In this document: piece after piece, positions 49,869-64,000 of the stretch
How the letters are laid out: each line of letters opens with the position of its first letter
Numbering within the stretch: the first letter of the stretch is position 1
Assembly: GCF_009914755.1 (NCBI RefSeq)
Contig: NC_060934.1
Source of the DNA: the human T2T-CHM13v2.0 reference genome, Homo sapiens
Length of the DNA stretch: 64,000 bases
Reading direction: 5' to 3' (one strand)
Position numbers and translations under genes: made by a program
The notes under the pieces: generated by a model
What the model saw: the letters and a program-made list of their open reading frames with translations, nothing else
Database searches by the model: none
Told to the model about the DNA's origin: nothing

Positions 49869-52800
49869 CAAATGCAGGGTTTTCATTCAGACTCTTGTGG
49901 TGCCACTCATGCACTGCTGAGATCAGCGAGGGGTTGTGGGGCAGTCACAGAACAGACCCAGAGACACATCTCTATGCCTGAATGGGTCTTCACTAAGAAC
50001 ATCTCTGATGTTTCCTGTAGATTTCCATCCTGCTTCATTTGTCTTTTACACTTCTCCTCTCTGCGAGGTCAGAAATTGCCTTGGGCTATCGTAAATCAAA
50101 GTGGGTGACTCTATCCCTCAGACAAATGCCCCACTTTGTAGGGAATGACTCAGACACTTGATTATGATCAGCTATAATATTTTGAGAAAGAAAAGTGCGG
50201 TTCCAACAAGTTACCAAAAGGGCAGGAAAGTATATAATCCATGGGTCTCTGTGCCTCTCTCTGTGTACCCCAAATTAGAGGGCTCTGTGTGCAAACAAGG
50301 ACATGTCAAAGGTGCTAAGGAAAGAATTTCTTTTTAAAAATCCAGTAGCAAGCTCTCGATTTCTGCTGGGTGTGCCCAAAGCATGTGAAATACAGGACCA
50401 CCCACTGGCTGGGGTTTTTTTTTACATCCAAATGCCTCTCTCGGGAGTAGTAAATTTTCACATAAAAGTTTGTTCTTTTAGCCTTCCTCATGTTTTCCTC
50501 AGCCATTCTGTTTCCTAATTCCTCTCTCTCACCTGATCCCCTCAAAAGAAGCCTCCAGCAAAAGGAGGAACAGGCCATTCTGGGGCATGGCTGTGTCACC
50601 CCTCTCCATTCTACATTAGGCTCGCCTGGGGTGGCCATGGTGTCTTAGGCAAACCGGAGTGTGGCTCAGTGCTGTAGGAGTTTAATGAATGCACGGCACT
50701 CAGATGGGTATGACGTTGGAGCCCCCCAGACTGGACTCGCTGAGATGATACATGCAAACTTGGCAGGCCGGGCACTGGGGACAGCCCTGAGCCTCCGGGA
50801 TCAGCACCCCAGGCCAGGAGATGTGGGTGCCATCAGCGAGAAATCAGGTGGTAGCACAGGTACTCCCGTCAGGACAGGAAATGGCCTCTCCATGCTGTGC
50901 AGACTCTATCCATCATCAGCCTTCCTTGGAGCCGTGGCTCTGTCCCTGCTGGTTTCCTTTGGCCAGTATAGGCTGCACAGGGGGGAACGCAGTGGGAGCA
51001 CTCCTGAGTGGGAGTGAGGGGAGGGAGGAGCCATGGAGAGCAGGGTGGGCCACGGGGACTGACAAGACCTCAGAACATTAGCAGGGCTACTGGGTCATTT
51101 GGCTGGCTCCCAGCGGGCAGGCCCACACTTAGGAGGCGGGGGTGGTGTCCCCAGGCCAGGGGCAGGTAAAAGGGCAGAGCTGCACCTGGGGTTCTATGGT
51201 ATAAGGCAGCAGAAAAGTAAGAGTTTTCCAAGTTTCTGTGTTTTTAACTCCTCCCCTCAAGCCATAGGGAAGAGTGTCCCATCCCGAAAGGGTTTGCCAG
51301 CTTCCAGAGGAGGGAGGGAGGCCCCAAGTGAGCTCCTGGCCAGATGCCTACAGGACTATGCTTGCTAAGACATTTAATATTCCCCTGGCAACAGCTCCTG
51401 GGCGTTTCCTAGGAGTCTCTGAATAACCAGATAGCCTCTTCCAGCCCCGGGATGAGGAAACCAATCCCCAGAAGTGGACAGGATGGGCATGGCATGGGAG
51501 GGGCATAGCAGTGTTGCTTGCTGGGCTGGGCTGGGCTGGGCCAGAGGGCAGGGAGCCCTGTCTACTCTCTGGACAGTCAGTGCTGTGGCCAGAAATACAG
51601 AAATGCAGGGGCCAGGAGCCTCCAGGGCACCTAGCTTTTCTATCAGCTCTTCTTGCAAAGGCTTTCAGAAAATATCTACAGGGGACAGGAATAATGGGGC
51701 CCATAGGCCCATAAGTAAAGTCAGCATCCGTCGGGGGTTGTGGGCAGTGGCAGGACAGCTGGTTGATTCCAGTCCCCCAGAGCATGGTTATGCGTCTGCC
51801 AAGGGCCCACTACTGAATCGTTTCTAAATAGCATACTTCCTGTCCCTGCTGCCCTGGCCTGGACCTCGACCCTCTCTGCAGCCCCAGGGCAGCTCTCGGG
51901 CCTCCTGCTCTTGTGGCCCTGCTACTCCCCTGAGGATGAGGGGCTAGAAAGCTTTTCCCACCTCCAGCCATGCCAGCGAGGTGTGAAGAGCAGGCGGCAG
52001 TCAGTGCGGAGGTGTGGGCCAGGGCGACACGTACTACTGTGCACACTCAGCCCTCTGCGTCTCCCTGGAGCAACGAGGGGCAGAGCAGAGGTGATGGGCC
52101 ATAGACTCCTAGGCCAGGCTGAGCAGAAGGGTGGCTCAGGCTGATCCAGAGCCTGGCCAGGCAGAGAGCCGCCAAATGCTGCCCAGCCAAGAGCCCCTGT
52201 GGGTTACATGGGAGGGCTGACCTACAGGCCATGGGCCGGGGACACACCATCTACTGGCTACGGTGGCAGATGGGGGTGGGTGGAAGGAAGGACATCACGT
52301 CTGCAGTGACAGCTGTCGTGTGCTCCATCAACCTTGCCCTGCTCTGCTCTCTGTTGCGGGAAACACATCTCCCCAGTTTCCTTCCCAGGCTTGTGGGTAG
52401 GCCTGACCATGGTGGGGCTCCTGCAGAAGATGGGAGGCCAGAGCGGGCAGTGAGGGCCCCATGCCCCTGCTCTGCTCACCGCACACCTCTCCAGCAGCCA
52501 GCCATGCCTCCTCATGAGTGCCCTGCTTTGGTGGCACCCAGCTGGAGAGGCCCAGCCCCTGGAATCACAGCAGCCCCTTCCTCCTGTGGTCCTTCCAGCC
52601 TTGGCCACAGCAGTGCGCTCCACTGGCGCTAATCTCTGGGGTGCCTCAGTGTCCCCTCAGATCGGCTCTTCCACCACCTGTTACCAACCACCGAAGTCCT
52701 CCCAAGCATCTACACCATCACCTCTCCCATTTAACATGAGGATAGACACACCTCGTGCGTCCACACCTGAGTCACAGGTCTGGGAAGTCTGAGTTTCTAA

Positions 52801-55219
52801 CAAGCTGCAGGAGGGGTGCACATCAGCAGCCAGTCCTCCAGCCACACTTTGAGAAGCAAGGACCAGGGAGATTTTGGATTTCCTGATACAATGTGTCAGG
52901 TGCTCTACTAGGCAGTGGGTCTCAAAGGTGAACAAATCCGACCTGTTTGCATTCCAAGGAGGGAGACAGACATGGTCAGATGACAATCACTGCAAATGAC
53001 ACTATCACTATCCATAGATGCTCCGAGGGATGGACAGGAGGAGGTGAACAGCTGGGCCCTTGGCAGTCTGGGGGAGGTGGTATTTGAGTTGAGACCCAGA
53101 GCAGGGGACAGGCGAAGGTTTCAGGAGCAGTGTGTGAGCAGAGGCTGGGTGACCAGAGGAGCTGTGTGCCTTCGGTGGTCTGAAAGGAGGCCAGCCTGGT
53201 CTCCAGGCACGGAGTTAGGCAGATTCAGTGGCTCCTCCTCTCTCAGCAAGAGAAGACTCACCTGAACTCAGCTCCCCAAGGTATCAGGCCTCCTCCTCCC
53301 GCAAGGCCTAATCCAGCTAATCCAGCCTAATCCAGCAAGGTCTCCAGGTGCTGGCAGCTGGAGCTCTCAGACACCTCCCCAATCAGCTGGCAGTCACACC
53401 CAGACTGCCTGGCGCCTGAGCTCGGCTGCTTGTCCCACAAACAAGGCTACTCTGAAGCATGCATGGAAAAGGGGTAGGAGCAAGGGCAGGTCCCTGGGGA
53501 CACTGAGTCCCATGCAGTGACAGCAGCCTTGCCCATGCACGCATAGAGGAAATGGCGTGCCTCTTCTTGCTGAGCCTCGGTGTACGTGCTTCCCCCTAAA
53601 GCCCACTTCTTATCCCCACATACCAGGTGATGTAGTACCTCCCTCCACCCGCCTCGCCACGTTTGGGCTCTGTCTCTGTCTTAAGAGCTGTGGAAGCCAC
53701 CAAAGGGTTAAGTGTGGGATTATGTGGAATTTGTGTTTCCACCTGCCTTTAGGGCTGCAGCAGGAAGCAATGGCTGGAAGGGAGGAACCAGAGCAAAGTG
53801 GGGCCACGGAAGGGGAGATGTGGCTGGCTACCTTAGCCCCACTATCAGTGCAGGGGTCCCTGGGACCATCGGCAAACCCGGCACCAAGCACTGAGGTCAG
53901 CCTGCCCCCGGGAATGGCACCGGGGGAGGAGGAGATGCCCAGGACAGTCTCCAAGGGAGTGGGCACCAGCCAGAGTTGGGACTGGGAGGACTCTGAGGAC
54001 CCCTTCCACACTTTTCCCTGCGTTGAGATTCTTGGATGGCACAGGCCCATGAGACCATCAACAATCCCAGGTCTCAAGAGGCCGGGCCCCACCCTGAGCC
54101 AAGCTTGCAGAGGAGGAGGAGAAGTGCTGAGGGAAGGTGAGCACAGCCAGGCACCCAGGAAGACAGGAGCCACCTGGTCGGAGGGGAGTGATGGAAGGTC
54201 AGGGTTCCCACCCATCAGACCACAGCTTCCAGCCAGGACAGCTTGGGCAGCAGTAGTCATAGGAGACATCTGGAGGCTGAGGCTTCCCACGCGGCCCTCC
54301 TGGCTCCATTGGATGGCAGGCTCCGGGCAGACGAGCTGCCAGGTGGGTGTGGGGTGCAAAGGTTTGGAGCAAGAGCGCCATGGGGAGCCTCCCCAGTGGG
54401 ACAGAAGCACAGGAGTGAGGGGGTTGGGCCCTGAGGAGATCTCAGTGTCACCCGCAACGGCTGCAGTGCACGGCCCATGGAGAAAGGACATTGTCAGGTG
54501 AGACGTGGGCTTCCAAAGGCCCCAGGCTGGGGGTTCCGAGTCCTCTGATCTTTCCCTGAGGTGCTCCTTTGAGGCCTGTGGCACCCTGGGTATGTGGATT
54601 CCCGCCTCATGTGTCCACCTGACAAGCACTTCTCCCCTGGACTCCTGTGCCTGCTCCATCACCTGCACCCTCTCTTAATTAGCAGGTTGGAGAGTGGGGT
54701 CCACATTGAATGGGACGTTGTGTTGACTCAGAATTGCTCCCAGCTGTGAGGAATTGTTAAACCCCTACATTAAAACGCAAGCAGCTGGCATTGAGCCTAG
54801 GGACAGAAAGAAAAGCCGGCCCCTCAGCCTCACCCTGCCCCCAGGGTGGCCTCTGTGAGCCAAAGCCCTGAAGTGGAAGAGCCTCAGGAGGAAGGCAGTC
54901 TGAGCCATGGGCTGGCAGCTGCAGGAAGTACAGCTCCCGCTCCCAGTGAGGCTGCTCCCACTTCTCCTGCTCAAACCTGGGGCTCCAGGAGAACTGTTTG
55001 TAAAGACTGGGGGAACTTCTGGAAGAGGAGTGATATCTCTGTCCACTCCAGGGCTCCAACACTCCCAGCACTGTGCCAGGACATGGCCCCCACTTAGGAT
55101 GACCGCTGCCCGGTCGGGCTCCCCTAAACGCAGCCTCTGTGGCAGGCCTAGCCCGAGCAGCCCTCCCTGGAAGCCATGTGTTCAGCTTCCCTTCTCTCCA
55201 GCTCCTGCTGCCTCCTCTA

Positions 55220-55667
<448 letters not shown>

Positions 55668-55993
55668 TTATCAAAAAACAAGCAAAAGCCGCCTCGTGAT
55701 CTGATCTCACCCTAATGCTACATCCTCTTTGTGTCTCCATCTGTGAAAGGGTGACCAGCCTTGGTTCTATGCAGGGTGACTGTGAAAATGCCATGGCTCA
55801 TGGGGGCCAAACATGGTGGTAGGGCCCACTGTGAAAAGGGTGAGGCTGGGCTGCACAGGCTCAGCTGCCCACAAACAGCTCTGGGGGCTCTTGGGATGGC
55901 TGAGGCTGCTCTTGATGAGCTCAGGGAAGAAACACAACAGAGACTGGTCAAAGGAGAGGACACAGCCTTCTGCCCAATGTCCAAGAGCCCGAG

Positions 55994-56534
55994 CCCAGGA
56001 ATCTCCCTTGAAACACACACTCTCACACACACTCTCACACACACACGCTCTCACTCACTCACACTCACACACACTCACATGCACACACACTCACACATTG
56101 ACACCACTGTCAGCTCAGAAATCTCCCTTGAAACACACACACTCACACACATACACATTCACACCACCATCATCCCAGAAATCTCCCTTGAAACACATAC
56201 ACACTCACACACACACACACTCACACACATTCCCAACACCATCCCAGAAATCTTCCTTGAAACACACACACTCACGAACCCTCACACACACTCACACACA
56301 CACGCACACATTCATGACACCATCCCAGAAATCTCCCTTGAAACACATACACACTCACATACACATTTACGCCATCATCCCAGAAGTCTCCTTTGAAACA
56401 CACACTTTCACACACTCACACACACACACTCACACACACTCACATTCACACCACCATCATCCAGAAATCTCCCTTGAAACACACACACTCACACACACAT
56501 TCATGCCACCATCATTCCAGAAGTCTCCCTTGAA

Positions 56535-56566
<32 letters not shown>

Positions 56567-56592
56567 ATACACATTCACGCCACCATCATCAG
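55994..56592. repeat. Minisatellite/VNTR: 8 copies of a conserved CCCAGAAATCTCCCTTGAAAC anchor separated by variable CA-rich spacers
   Basis: Anchor cores at about 56001, 56121, 56181, 56250, 56331, 56386, 56467 and 56523. Confidence 0.95.
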
Positions 56593-56639
56593 ACCTTCGT
56601 AGATAGACACCCAGGGACCTTGGTCTGAGTGAGCTGGCG

Positions 56640-56943
56640 GCATGGAGCGACTGAGCATGTGCAGCTCCCACATCGCTATATAAAGATGGGGATGAACTCT
56701 GTGGCTGTGAGTCACCATAACTGCGACACTCACTCATTTGCGCTTCACCAGACACAGAGCAACCGCCAGCCCCAAGAGCAGCTCCAGGCTGGATCTGCGC
56801 CGGACACAGGAGAAAGCAGCGGGTAGGCTAAGCAGGGGTGCTGAGGATGGAGGAAAGTTGGGAGGCTGAGCACAGCTGAAGTCCTGAGCTCCCTGTGCCC
56901 TTGACTTCTCTGTGGGCTCGAGCAAGGACCATCCCAACTCAGG
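56640..56943 (+). promoter_or_regulatory. OPN4: OPN4 core promoter and 5'UTR: TATATAAA at 56677-56684, AP-1 motif TGAGTCA at 56708-56714
   Basis: TATA-like box ~260 bp upstream of the OPN4 ATG; the exact TSS cannot be determined from sequence. Confidence 0.6.
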
Positions 56944-63547
<6,604 letters not shown>

Positions 63548-64000
63548 GTGTGGCTCTTTTCCAGAACCCCACACCTTGGCCTCCAAGGGCCTGGCCTGCC
63601 GATGGGGGCAGAGGCCACCACCTTTCTGTCTCTCGTGTGTGTGTAGAATGGGGGCCACCAGCAGCTGGGAGCGGCCAATGACACTGAGTGGGGTCTGGAG
63701 TTGGTGTGCCTCCCTCCCCCGCCCCAGCTTCCCAGGGGTCACGGTGTGGAGGGAGGTCAGGGTTCCCTGGGCAGTGTCCAGTCCTAACTATGGGACCTTC
63801 AGACCTGGCGTGTAGGGCAGCCAGGACAGCCCTGTGAATTTAAGCACCCCCCCGCCCCGCCCTCCCCGACAGTGTCATCCTGAAGAAATCACAGCAGGGA
63901 GAGCTCAGCTCTGCTCCCAGGGCCTGGCAGGAGCCTGGGGTGGCTCTGGGCCAGTATGCATGCTGATAGCAACCCGGCAAGGCTGCTTCTCCCTTAGTGC

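Noticed and set aside
55994-56592. CRISPR-like repeat-spacer appearance
   Set aside because: The spacers are mutually similar CA microsatellites of uneven length, there are no cas genes, and the DNA is primate; this is a minisatellite.
55761-56628. 211- and 271-aa His/Thr-rich ORFs
   Set aside because: Translations of the CA-rich VNTR, which lacks stop codons by composition.

Overview
Primate (human-type) genomic DNA, recognisable as the region upstream of and inside OPN4 (melanopsin; human 10q23.2). The first ~46.6 kb is AT-rich and almost entirely made of interspersed repeats. These include dozens of Alus, old L1M fragments, a 5'-truncated L1PA nested in an MSTA LTR, solo LTRs (MER41A, MER61, HERV-W LTR17, MER21, MLT1) and a decayed ~9.4-kb class I (ERV1) provirus with both LTRs. 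At 32.9-33.8 kb there is an RPL7A processed retrocopy with a 15-bp TSD and an uninterrupted 260-codon ORF, next to an orphan CpG island. The last ~17 kb is GC-rich and holds the OPN4 promoter and coding exons 1-7 plus a 33-nt cassette exon; the gene runs off the end of the window. I found no convincing wholly new biological system. The best leads all concern OPN4 regulation or the retrocopy: a MIR-derived cassette exon, a strong-Kozak uORF, an anchor-plus-CA-spacer VNTR ending ~90 bp before the TATA box, a triple CTAATCC/E-box/T-box motif cluster, an in-frame cryptic acceptor at exon 4, and the retrocopy/CpG-island pair. Repeat family names come from recalled consensus sequences, not from a database search, and their boundaries are approximate.
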